A stretch of 64,000 bases of DNA from an uncultured Verrucomicrobiae bacterium (GTDB taxonomy: Bacteria; Verrucomicrobiota; Verrucomicrobiia; Limisphaerales; JAFGQR01): NCBI GenBank assembly GCA_963788655.1, contig CAWBHS010000050.1:1-64000 (forward strand), written 5' to 3'. Position numbers and translations under genes: made by a program. How positions within the stretch are numbered: the stretch's first letter is position 1; every line of letters starts with the position of its first letter. Shown one piece after another: positions 10,101 to 20,897 of this stretch. The notes beneath the pieces are model-generated. The model made no database searches. It saw nothing but the letters and a program-made list of their open reading frames with translations, and was not told where the DNA came from.

Positions 10101-11315
10101 ATGACCAAGCGAATTGCCAACAAGGTGCTTTTCGACAACCCCTCGGACATGGAGCCGCTATTGCCCGGAACCGACGGGCTATTATCCGCTTCAGCGTTGG
10201 CAATTATCCGAGGCGCCGAACGTCTCCGCTCATCACTCCATCCCTTCACTGGCAAGCTGGTGGCGGACGTGGTGCGCTCGATGAATAGTTATTATTCGAA
10301 TCTCATCGAAGGCCACCGCACCAGACCAAGGGACATTGACGCGGCCATCCGGAAGGATTTTTCTGCGAATCCCGCGCAGCGGTCGCTGCAAATCCAGCAT
10401 GTGGCTCACATGGAGGTTCAGGCGGAAATGGAAGCGCGTTTGCCCAATCTGGGGGGCGAGGAGGTCTGTTCGGCGGAGTTCCTGTGTTGGCTACACTCGG
10501 AATTCTATCGTCGGCTGCCGGAAGAGTTCCGCCAGGTCGCAGATGAGCAGGGTAAGCGTCATGAAGTTGAACCTGGCAAACTGCGGCACGACGAGGTGAG
10601 TGTGGGCCGGCACCTGGCGCCCGCCTGTCGGAAGCTTAACGTGTTTCTCCAGCGTTTCGCGGATTTCTACGGTCCTTTGGTAACGACCGAACCGGATAGC
10701 CTGGTCGCGGCCGCCGCGGCGCATCATCGCCTCGCTTGGATTCATCCCTTTCTGGATGGCAACGGCCGAGTAACGCGGCTGTTCACCCAGGCGTGGTTGG
10801 TCAAAGCCGCCGCAGACAGCGATGGTCTGTGGACCATCTCCCGCGGTCTGGCGCGGCAGCGATCCGAATATCAAGTGACCTTGGCCAATGCCGACGCAAA
10901 ACGCACCAATGAGTTTGATGGCCGTGGCTATCTCTCGCAACGCTACCTGGGACAATTCTGTCGGTTTTTCCTGGCCACAGCCGTTGATCAAATTCAGTTC
11001 ATGCAGGAGCTCCTGGCTCTGGACGGCATGCTCAACCGTATCATCGGTTACGCCGAACGAAGGGAATCCGCTCAAGAATTGCCCAAAGGATCGGCCTTGG
11101 TGCTTCGGGATATCTTTCTTCGTGGTAAAATCACCCGCGGCGAGGTGGCTCGGGTCATCGGCGCCTCGCCCCGAACCGCTCAAAAAGTCACTGGCGAGTT
11201 GCTCCAACAACGACTGGTCGCCTCCAACTCCCCCAAAGGTCCGCTGCACCTGGGGGTTCCGGGGGCTGCGGCCAGCCATTACTTCCCCAACCTGTATCCC
11301 GCCGGTGCGGATTGA
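10101..11315 (+). CDS. Fic family protein
   Basis: HPFLDGNGRVTR Fic motif; SNLIEG motif near the N-terminus. Confidence 0.92.
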   Translation: MTKRIANKVLFDNPSDMEPLLPGTDGLLSASALAIIRGAERLRSSLHPFTGKLVADVVRSMNSYYSNLIEGHRTRPRDIDAAIRKDFSANPAQRSLQIQHVAHMEVQAEMEARLPNLGGEEVCSAEFLCWLHSEFYRRLPEEFRQVADEQGKRHEVEPGKLRHDEVSVGRHLAPACRKLNVFLQRFADFYGPLVTTEPDSLVAAAAAHHRLAWIHPFLDGNGRVTRLFTQAWLVKAAADSDGLWTISRGLARQRSEYQVTLANADAKRTNEFDGRGYLSQRYLGQFCRFFLATAVDQIQFMQELLALDGMLNRIIGYAERRESAQELPKGSALVLRDIFLRGKITRGEVARVIGASPRTAQKVTGELLQQRLVASNSPKGPLHLGVPGAAASHYFPNLYPAGAD

Positions 11316-11488
11316 TGATCAGGTGGTTCGAACCTCAAGGATCTTTCAGGTTTACGCGATATGTGCAGGGAACGGGCGGTGGAGAAACCAGGGCTCGACG
11401 GAGTCTCGCCCTACCGCAAGGGGATGTTCTCCCTCCGTGGAGACGACTACCAAGGGGACGAACCTCTCATTGGACTGAAGACGGGCAG

Positions 11489-12640
11489 TCAGGGAAAGAG
11501 CCCTTTCATCCCCGAGGGCAGCGCTTTGATCGGAACGACACTGATTCGTTCGTGCAAGGGATAGCGGCGGTTGCCGGGATAAATGACCGCAATCTGGTCC
11601 AGCTTCAAATCCTCCAGCGCGATCCGCATCGACGGCGTCAAGCGCGGGGCATCTGCCCGCTTAAACTCGACCCCGAGCTTTCGTCCCGCTTTCACCATCA
11701 CCAAATCAATCTCTGCTCCGGCGTGAGTGCCCCAAAAATAAGCTTCATCCGGCTCGGTCGCGTGGAGCGTTTCCTCCAGCGCATAGCCTTCCCACGAGGC
11801 ACCGGATTTCGGGTGGGCCAACAAATCCTTGGTGGAACGGATGCCCAGCAGTTGGTGCAGCAAGCCGCTGTCGCGGAAATAAATCTTGGGCGCTTTGATC
11901 TGTCGTTTGCCCAGGTTGGCATGCCAAGGCGGCAACTGGCGCACCATGAACACGCCCGTGAGAATGTCGAGGTAGCGGCGCACGGTCGTTTCGCTGACGC
12001 CCAGGGAGCGCGCCGGTTCGGCGGCGTTCCACGTCTGCCCGTGATAATGGGCCAGCATCGTCCAAAACCGCAGCAGGGCCACCGCCGGCGCGCCGATGCC
12101 CCATTGCGGCAAGTCTCGCTCCAAAAACGTTTGGATGAAATGCCTGCGCCAGGCCAGACTGTCAGCCTCCGTCCGCGCCAGAAACGACAACGGCAATCCG
12201 CCACGCAGCCAATGGCGGGAATGTTTCTCCACGCCCAACTCGTCCAGGTTGAACCCGCCCATTGGAATCGTCTCCATCCGTCCCGCCAGCGACTCTGACG
12301 ATTGGCGCATCAGATCCGGCGATGCGCTCCCCAAGATCAGAAAATGCGTGCGCAGCGGGTTACGGTCCACCAGGACCCGCAACACCGGGAACAATTCCGG
12401 CCGCCGCTGGATTTCGTCAATCACCACCAATCCCGTCAAATCCCGCAACGCGGTCAGCGGTTCATCCAGCCGCGCAAGACTGACCGGGTCTTCCAGGTCA
12501 AAGTAATTGGGCGAATCGGTCGTGAGGAATTGTCGGGCCAGCGTGGTCTTGCCACATTGCCGTGGGCCGATTAATGCCGCCACGCGGCTGCGGCGCAAGG
12601 CCGCCTGCACCTGACTTCGCCATCCGGCACGTTTGATCAT
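11489..12640 (-). CDS. AAA_14 / DUF4143 ATP-binding protein
   Basis: GPRQCGKTT, IDEIQ, LGSAS, KIYFRDSG, EIDL..GVEFK. Confidence 0.9.
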   Translation of the reverse strand: MIKRAGWRSQVQAALRRSRVAALIGPRQCGKTTLARQFLTTDSPNYFDLEDPVSLARLDEPLTALRDLTGLVVIDEIQRRPELFPVLRVLVDRNPLRTHFLILGSASPDLMRQSSESLAGRMETIPMGGFNLDELGVEKHSRHWLRGGLPLSFLARTEADSLAWRRHFIQTFLERDLPQWGIGAPAVALLRFWTMLAHYHGQTWNAAEPARSLGVSETTVRRYLDILTGVFMVRQLPPWHANLGKRQIKAPKIYFRDSGLLHQLLGIRSTKDLLAHPKSGASWEGYALEETLHATEPDEAYFWGTHAGAEIDLVMVKAGRKLGVEFKRADAPRLTPSMRIALEDLKLDQIAVIYPGNRRYPLHERISVVPIKALPSGMKGLFP

Positions 12641-12652
12641 GCCTTAAAGGCT

Positions 12653-12691
12653 ACCTTGAAAATCCAAAGTCGAATAGCGGAATTTCAAGGT
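12653..12691. promoter_or_regulatory. palindromic operator-like site upstream of AAA_14 gene
   Basis: ACCTTGAAAATCC-N13-GGAATTTCAAGGT (one mismatch). Confidence 0.5.
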
Positions 12692-12712
12692 GTGAGTTGG
12701 AGCCGCCTGGTG

Positions 12713-12779
12713 ATAAATAAAGTGACATAAAGTGACCCGTTTAAAGTTTGATACCCTTTCCTCCTTGCCGGCGGAGTGA
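12713..12779 (+). repeat. short stuttered copy of RAYT 5' end
   Basis: ATAAATAAAGTGACATAAAGTGACCCG...TTTCCTCCTTGCCGGCGGAGTGA. Confidence 0.75.
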
Positions 12780-12780
12780 G

Positions 12781-13113
12781 CTGGTGGACACGGGAGCGAC
12801 GCGACTTTATCTGAAGCCCTCGGTCATCAAGAAACTGGGATTGCAGCGGGTGGATGCGGTCCGTTCATACACCACCAACGGAGAAACGATCCGCTACAAA
12901 TACGAGCCGGTGCAGCTTGAATTGATGGGCCGCAATGAAAATTTTGACGTGATCGAAGTGCCAGAATCTGTCCCTAACTTGCTGGGGCAAGTGCCCCTCG
13001 AGGTGCTGGATTTGGTGGTGGACAGCAAGCGCCAGATACTCATCGCCAATCCCGCGCACGGTGACGAGCAGATGACGGAGGAGTATGCACAGGGCGAAGC
13101 GGTGACCCGTTGA
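12781..13113 (+). pseudogene. 5'-truncated near-identical duplicate of the aspartic protease
   Basis: Almost identical to ~7353-7685, beginning at LVDTGAT. Confidence 0.85.
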
Positions 13114-13822
13114 AGGGCCGAAGCTACCAATCCCTGGTAGGGCGCGTTCCACCGTGTCCCACCTTTCTCCGCCGAACAAATCCCCATCGAAGACCGGCTG
13201 CCGATCACGAGCCTTCTTTCACCGCCAAGACACGAAGGAGCGCAAAGAGGGTTCGGGGTCCACCACCTTTGCGTCACTTCGTGTCTTGGCGGTAAAGCAG
13301 ACCCTTTAGCGGGCGATCTCAGGAAAAGTCAGGAATGGAGGGGAATCCGTCCCTACCAACCAGCGACGATTTCTTTATCCGAGCAATCCGGGTAATACCT
13401 GGTTCAATGGCTCTGTTTCGACTGAACCAAGTGCCTGCACCTCTACTTCTACGAGCGCCATCCCCAGTGGGGCTTGCTCCACTTGCGGTGGCAAATCTGG
13501 TTCCCCCATGTGCCTGGCAATGTGGATCTTGCTCGTGTAACTGTAATTCCTCTGCCCGGTGCGGTCGTGATCGGATCACGCCCCTGATCTCGCAGCAACT
13601 CAACCTGACCTTACTCCTGGGGGGGCGGGCCCAATCGGTCCCTGAGAGCGTTAGTCCAAGCCCTCCTGCCAGTCGCCCCAGTGCGCTCTTCCTGACGGCA
13701 GCATGAAGGAAAGCCCGGCCGAGGGTGCGAAAGAATAGAGGACCGGGATCTAAGATTTCAATTCATGCGATGTGCTATCCGTGGCGCGACTTTCTGACTC
13801 CCCCCAAGCGGCTCAGGCTTGG

Positions 13823-15608
13823 TTATGGCCAGCGAATCGAATTCAGCCCTGGCTTAAGATCGGCGAGGGGACCGGCGACGGCCGGCGCAAATTCCTTGCC
13901 GTTGATATCGCGGTCCACCGCGATGGGGCGCCCGAAACGGTCCTCAATGGTCTGACCGACCGTGGGAAAGACGCCGACCAAGCCGGCGTTGACCTGCGGA
14001 CCCTTCGACTGTAGCGCCGCCTTGGGAACGGAAAACGTGATCGTGACCCCATGCGGATCGCCCTTGATCGTCAATCCCGTCACCTCCGGAGTGACCACGC
14101 TATGCTCGTCGCCGAAGACGCTCGGTTTGGCTCCCTCGAGGAAGACGTTGTAGTCCGAGCGGTAACCCGGAGCGTTCTTGACGGGGTCGAGTCCCTGGCG
14201 AACAAAGAGGTTGTTGAACCACCGGTCGTCCTGGGCGGTGCCGGTCTTGCGGCCGACGATCTTCGTGGTGTGGGGCTGGAAATACTGGGACCGGCGTCCG
14301 GTATCGGGACTGTAGTCATACCCGCAATCGACGAACAGATTATGCGCGAAGACATTCCCCTCCGAATTGCTCCGGATGGGCCGTCCGATCAGGACGTTGT
14401 TATCCACGAGCGTGGGACCATGGTCCATTTCGAGGAACACCGTGGCGGCTTCGGTGTTATAAATGATATTGCGCGTGATCCGGGTGCCCTGGTTCCCGAA
14501 GTCCATCCAAATACCGAATGCTCCCTCCTTTTGACGATAGACGCCCCGGATCAGGTTGTTGCTGATGACCGTGTCCACGCTGTTGTGGAACTTGATGGCG
14601 GCGGTCTCCCAGCCACCAAATTCACGGCGGTAGTTGGTATCCTCGATGAGGTTGCCGCTGATGAGCGAGCGGGTGGAGCCTTTCTGGCCGGCAATGCCCG
14701 CCTGGCCGCACCGCCGGATGACGTTGTGGCGAATGATGTGTTCGCCGAAGGCGCCAATGTCCGTGTAGTCAACGCCCGGCGCCTGGCCGAGAATGATGCC
14801 GACGCAACGGGCGTTCTCGATGGTGCAATTCTGGATGATCCAGTATTTGCCCATCCGCGGGCCCACGGCGCCCATTTGCAGCGTCAAACTGGGCGGTGCC
14901 CAGTTCGCCGCCGCGTGCAGGAAATGAAAGCCATCGACAGTGATGTATTTCAAGCCGGTGATCTTGGGCATGAAAATGCTCTCGCGTACGTTGATCTCGG
15001 TGAGTTCCGTATTGGGATTGGCCTGGCCGAAGTTCGCCTGGATCGTTGTGGTCTGCGCATCCACCTGGCAACACCACGACTGCTTGGCACTGGGCACTTC
15101 CGGCGGAGTCTTTTTCTCGTACAGCGCCTCGCCGTTCAGATAGACGTCGCCGCGATGATGCCATTGGCCGTAGTCGAGCCAGCCGCCGGAGAGCGTCAGT
15201 TCATAAGGATTGTAGTCGCCAAAGAATGAGTTCGGCAGCTCGACCTTCCAAACACCTTCCCCTTCCGGTGTCCACGTCGTGACGCGTTCCGAGCCCTTGA
15301 CCTGGACCGTTTCCCCGGGGGCGGCTCGGGTACTGGATGCGGTTGCTCTCGCTCGTGCCGCCACGAACGGGTTGGATCCATTCGCGATACGTCCCGCCGT
15401 GGACGATTACGACATCGCCGGGCCGCGCCACCGCAGCCGCTTTACTGATGGTGAGATAAGGCTGGTCCTCGCTGCCCGGGGCCGAATCACTCCCACTCGG
15501 CCGAACGTGGATTTCCCTGGCCTGAAGACCACCGGCCGCCACGACCACGCCGATCAAGACCGCGAACTGCAACAAGGAGTTGGCAAATTGCGTCTTCGCT
15601 GACCGCAT
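13823..15608 (-). CDS. secreted right-handed beta-helix protein (DUF1565 N-terminus, GH120-like), frameshifted
   Basis: Signal peptide, GSDSAPGS..PYLTISKAA..ARPGDVVIVHGGTYRE, then pectin-lyase-fold repeats; frameshift near 15330. Confidence 0.75.
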
Positions 15609-15857
15609 GGCTTTAACCCGCCGCGGTGGACGAAAACTGGTTTTTGGAGCCGCGCTCATGAGAGCGTCAAGCTGCAAGGGCTGGATGGCCCTGTCAAGGA
15701 GCAGTTGTGCCGGAGCGGCCAGGACGAATCGTGCCATCGTGGTTTTCTCGGTTCCCGACATCACTTCGACGCCGACAGCACGCGCATTTGCGTTTTTTCT
15801 CATCGGTCTCTCTGAGCAGTAGTTTTGCCCGGCGGACTGATAAGCCGTGACTATGCA

Positions 15858-15990
15858 GTAGGACAGGCGTCTCGCCTGTCCCGAACGAGTGCAAACCAAC
15901 AACTTGTAGCACGGCGCCGCGAGTCTTTTTATGTCACCAAACGGTGAGGATGCCTTGGGCTATTCGAGACAGGCGAGACGCCTGTCCTAC
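15858..15990. repeat. GTAG REP inverted pair
   Basis: GTAGGACAGGCGTCTCGCCTGTC ... GACAGGCGAGACGCCTGTCCTAC. Confidence 0.8.
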
Positions 15991-16203
15991 CACGCCGAAC
16001 TGCCTCCTCGCCGCACCAGCCACTGAATTGATACGGATAAGGAGTCGTTGCCGGAGCAGACAGAGTTTCTGCTCGACGACTTCGTGGATCAAGCTCGTCC
16101 TTCCCATTCCTTTGCTGTCAGAGTCCGTCAGTTCGGTTGCGTTGAGCGCCAGCGTCATGCTTTTTCTGATGCAAAACCGTGGTGGCTGCGAAACAATTGC
16201 GCC

Positions 16204-17598
16204 ATGCAACTGAGATTAAACAAAAGCTGTCGGGCGTACTTGGCCAATGTAACCAGCCTTGGCTTCGTTGCCATCCTGGGCGGCGGCGCACCGATCGAAG
16301 CCGTAGCGGACCAACCGGACCTCATTCTGCCGCTCAAAGTCAGTGCGACCGGCCGGTACCTGGTCGATCAACAGAATCGTCCGTTCTTGGTGGTGGGCGA
16401 CACCCCGTGGTCGCTAATCGTGCAACCGCGAGTCCAGGATATCGATCGCTACCTGGACGACCGCCAGCGGCGGGGCTTCAACTCGATTATCGTCAATTTG
16501 ATCGAGCACAAGTTCTGCACGACGCCGCCCAAGACCCACGCCGGATTGTCCCCCTTCGATCGGCCCGGTGATTTCTCGACCCCCAACCGCGCCTACTTTG
16601 ATTTCGCGCACCAAGTCGTGCAGAAAGCCAACGCGCACGGCATCGTCGTCTGGCTGGCGCCGGCCTATCTCGGTTCCAGTGGTGGCGATGAAGGTTTCTT
16701 CCGTGAGATGAAGGCGGGCGGCAAGGAAAAGCTGCGCGCCTACGGGAAGTTCATTGGTCAACGATTCAGCGAACTGCCCAATATTGTGTGGCTCTTGGGC
16801 GGTGATTATACGCCACCAAAGGCTGATCGCTGGACGGTCACAGAACTGGCCGCGGGAATTCAACAAGGCGACTCCACCCACCTGATGACCGTTCACACCG
16901 CCCCGGAACAGTCGGCCGCGGTGGTGTTCGGCAAGGAGGCGTGGCTGACGATTGATACCGTCTATAGTTACGAACGAACGCTGTTTCGTCCCCTCCTGGC
17001 GGAATACTCCATTAAACCCGCGCGGCCATTCGTGCTGATTGAATCGACATACGAAGGGGAGCATAACTCGACTCCGGCGCAGATTCGCCGGCAGGCCTAT
17101 TGGGCGATGCTCGGCGGAGCGTGTGGCCAGTTCCTGGGCAACAATCCGCTGTGGCACTTTGACGGACCGGGACTCTACGCCTCCAAGCTAAGTTGGGTGC
17201 AGGCCATGGACGCTACCGGTTCGCGCGACATGACGCGGCTCGGTGCATTCTTTCGCGCCTTGCCGTGGTACCAACTGCGTCCCGAGCAAAACCATGTCGT
17301 GGTGACCGAAGGGTATGGGAAGGAAATTGCCACCGCGCTGACGGCACGGACGCGCGACGGTAAGTTGTCGGTGACTTACATTCCCTCGACCGGCACCGAG
17401 ACGCGCGAGTTGACGGTTGATACGACGCAATTCTCCGGCCCTGTCGCTGGCCGTTGGTTTAACCCGACCACCGGACAGTTCACCGGAATCGATGGTCCGC
17501 AACTACCAAACCGCGGCCGGCATCGCCTGCGCGCGCCGGGTGATAATGGCACGCAGGCAAATGATTGGGTGCTACTTCTCGAAGTCGTTGCAAAATGA
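16204..17598 (+). CDS. DUF4038 / GH140-like glycoside hydrolase with C-terminal collagen-binding-like domain
   Basis: PFLVVGDTPW, GFNSI, ESTYE, WFNPTTG, DWVLLL. Confidence 0.8.
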   Translation: MQLRLNKSCRAYLANVTSLGFVAILGGGAPIEAVADQPDLILPLKVSATGRYLVDQQNRPFLVVGDTPWSLIVQPRVQDIDRYLDDRQRRGFNSIIVNLIEHKFCTTPPKTHAGLSPFDRPGDFSTPNRAYFDFAHQVVQKANAHGIVVWLAPAYLGSSGGDEGFFREMKAGGKEKLRAYGKFIGQRFSELPNIVWLLGGDYTPPKADRWTVTELAAGIQQGDSTHLMTVHTAPEQSAAVVFGKEAWLTIDTVYSYERTLFRPLLAEYSIKPARPFVLIESTYEGEHNSTPAQIRRQAYWAMLGGACGQFLGNNPLWHFDGPGLYASKLSWVQAMDATGSRDMTRLGAFFRALPWYQLRPEQNHVVVTEGYGKEIATALTARTRDGKLSVTYIPSTGTETRELTVDTTQFSGPVAGRWFNPTTGQFTGIDGPQLPNRGRHRLRAPGDNGTQANDWVLLLEVVAK

Positions 17599-20278
17599 AA
17601 ATTGTGAAGGCACACCATGATATGAAAATCCTAAAACCAGCGTCACCTCAAACCGGATGGCCCAGTTGGTTAATTCCGATGCTCGCCCTACCTCTGTTGC
17701 TGGTCACGGCCTCCGCTGCGCCCGTGCATGTCTGGGAAAAAGTTGAAATCACCCTCCAAGCTTCGAACACCTACGCGAATCCCTACACCGATGCGCAAGT
17801 GTGGGTGGACCTGGCGGGGCCGGGCTGGACATGTCGGTGTTATGGCTTCTGGGATGGTGGAAACATTTTTCGCGTGCGGGTGTTGGCTCCCCGGCCCGGC
17901 ACGTGGACCTGGCACAGTGGATCAGAGCCTGCCGATGCGGGCTTGGCCGGGCGCAGTGGGACGTTCGAGGCGGTGCCGTGGTCGGAGGTCGAGAAAGTGG
18001 CCAACATCTGCCGGCGCGGCAACATTCGCGCCACGGCAAATGGCCACGCCTTCGAACACGCGGACGGCGCGCCGTATTTTCTCTTGGGCGACACGTGGTG
18101 GGCTACGCCGACGTTTCGCTTCCGGTGGTATCCGGACGATGCGCCGCGGGCGATCGGGCCAGAGGCGGGTTTCAAGGACTTCGTGCGTTTCCGCCGCGCG
18201 CAGGGATTCAACTGCATCGCCCTCATTGCCGCACTTCCGAATTGGGCCGATGATGGCCATCCGGCCACGCTCAAGATGGCCGACGGCACCGTCTTGCGCT
18301 CCGCCTGGCGTGAGGCGGGCACTGATCGCGCGAAGAACATGACCAACGAATTCGGCCAGCGCGCCTTCCTTTTTCCCGGAAGGGTGCCCGGCTTCGAAAG
18401 CGTGTTCCCCGACGTGGAACAAATCGATCCGGCCTACTTCCAAACGCTTGACCTGAAGATGGATTACTTGAATGCGCAAGGATTCATCCCGTTCATCGAA
18501 GTGGCCCGACGCGACATCGGCCAGGCTTGGAAGAAGTTTTATCCGTGGCCGCAATCCTATGTGCGCTACATCCAATACGTGTGGAGTCGTTACCAGGCGC
18601 ACATTGCGCTGTTCAGCCCCATTCACTTTGACACGCCGGCGCAAAGCATCCCGGCAGCGGAATGGAATCGCGCGGCCAAACGCGTGCTCGACCAATACGG
18701 CCCACCACCCTTTGGCACGCTGGTTGGCAACAACGCCAATCCCTCTTCCTTGCGCAACTGGGGACATGTGGACCAGGCCCCGTGGCTCGGCTTTCATCAA
18801 ATTGGCAATCGACGCACGCATGATTGTTATTCCTATCTCACCGAGATTTTTTCAACCAATCCACCGTTGCCCGGTCTCAATGGCGAACCGTATTACGATG
18901 GCATGGAAGACGCCGAGCCGGGAAGTGAACGCGCCGCGCTCTACTGTCGTTCGGCCATGTATGGCAGCGTGCTTTCGGGTGGTTTGGGCGGTCACATCTA
19001 CGGGGCGGGCGGTTGGCAAGGCGGCTTGTGGAGCGGCGAGGTGGAAGCGGCTTCGAAATATCCCATCTGGGAAGTCATCCAATGGCGGTCGGCAGACCAG
19101 ATGCAGCATCTCAAAACCTTTGTCCTGTCTGAAGGTAAACGCTACCAGGAGTTCGAACCCGCACTCGATGCCATTTCGCCGAGTCGTTCCGGCAAACCAA
19201 ACGGTCTAACCGGCTGGGCCTACGCCGCACGCACGCCCGAGCGGGATTTATTCCTGCTCTACTTCGAGCGGGATTGTCCAGCGGCAACGCTGGAGGGCAC
19301 CCGGCCGAATGCTGTGTATCAGGCACGATGGTTCAATCCCCGCACCGGGCAGTGGCGCGACACCGCGCCCGACTCGATAACGGCTGACACTGAGGGCCAC
19401 TTGGAGCTGCCGCCGTTTCCCGGAACACCCGACAAATCGGATACGGATTGGGCCATGAAATTGGTGATGCCCAAACGCGCCCGCTCCTCCGCCAAGCCGC
19501 CGACCGTCCGCGTTGCGGGCATCGTGCTCAAATGGTTGCGAGGCGACAAGGCTGCCAATTACCGCCGCGCCGAGCCGATGATCCGCAAGGCCGCCGCACA
19601 CGGGGCGCAATTGTTTGCACGACCGAATGCTTTCTGGACGGGTACGCCATTGCTGACAAGTCCATTCCGTTGGACCAGTATCGGGCGTTGGGCGAGACTA
19701 TCCCGCAGGGAAGATACTTCCGCAAACTGGCCAGCTTGGCCAAGGAATTGAAAATCTTTCTCATCGCGGGGATGATGGAGGCTGACGGGGAGCGTCGCTT
19801 TAACACCGCGGTGCTGATCAACCCGGATGGCGAACTGATCGGCAAGTATCACAAACAGCGGCTGGGACATGAGTCCTTTCGCAATACTGCGGGCAATCAA
19901 TCGTCGGTGTTCAAAACACCTTTCGGCGAGATCGGCATTATGATCTGCGCCGATCGCCGTTACCCTGAAGTGGTGCAGGGCTTCTGCACCCGGGGTGCGA
20001 ATTTCCTGATCTGTCCCTCCGGGGGTATGTTCGGACCAAAGAAGAATGATCCCATTGTCCAAGCGCGCTCGAAGGAAACCGGTAAGTATATTGTCTTTGT
20101 GCATCCGGCGGAGTTTCTCGTCACCGGAACGGACGGAGCCATTTTGGATCGCACCATTCTGGGGGATGATCTCCTGATCACACGGGACCAAGTTGGGACG
20201 GATGCGGATTCCCAGCACGTGTTCTATTTTGATGTGCCTTTAACCAGTCAGCCGCCAGTCGGACTTGGTGAAGAATGA
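17595..20278 (+). CDS. DUF5060-DUF4038 glycoside hydrolase fused to a carbon-nitrogen hydrolase (nitrilase-fold) domain; frameshift ~19610
   Basis: YANPY..GFWDGG, LGDTWW, NGEPYYD, WFNPRTG; then VRVAGIVL..TTECFLDGY..YHKQ..ICADR. Confidence 0.75.
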
Positions 20279-20597
20279 GGTAGGACAAACCTACGTTAAG
20301 CAGACCCGCATTTTTTCGAAGCGTTGGTTGATTTCGTGACGGGCCTGGCCGCTCTGGTGGGTCCGGCAAAGTGCGCCTCAGAGTTGGCTCGGCTCGTTGA
20401 CGTGCCCGATGCCTTGATAGTTGACTGCTATTACCTCCAAAACCTCGTCACCGCGATTGAGTCCTGGGGCCGTGCCAAATGGCAATAATCCGGAGTCACC
20501 CGGTGCCTGCGCATCGTAGCCGGCACGGTGAACAACCTTCGGATCCAGGCGCGCTGGTAATCGTATCCACGCAGCATTCCTGGGACGATAATCGGTT

Positions 20598-20735
20598 TCC
20601 AACCATCGTGACGACCAGCGGCAGGCGGTTGATGGCGTCAGCGGACAACACCAATACGGGTCGGTGGCCGGCCTGCTCCCTTCCTTGAACTGGATTCAGG
20701 TTAACAAAGTAGATTTCGCCGCGTTGGATAGCCAG
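20598..20735 (-). pseudogene. PemK/MazF toxin N-terminal fragment
   Basis: IQRGEIYFVNLNPVQGREQAGHRPVLVLSADAINR, then homology is lost. Confidence 0.8.
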
Positions 20736-20897
20736 CAGTGCCTCTTGAGTCCGTCGGCTTGGACCACGTGCTTTCACCGGCGGTGACAATGACGCCGGTC
20801 TCGGTCTGCGTGCGACTGACCGTGTCGAACCACGTCCGAGCGCAGGTGCCGGCGGCCAGATCCTTCACACCCATAGGTCCCGAATAGTCGTAGGTGT

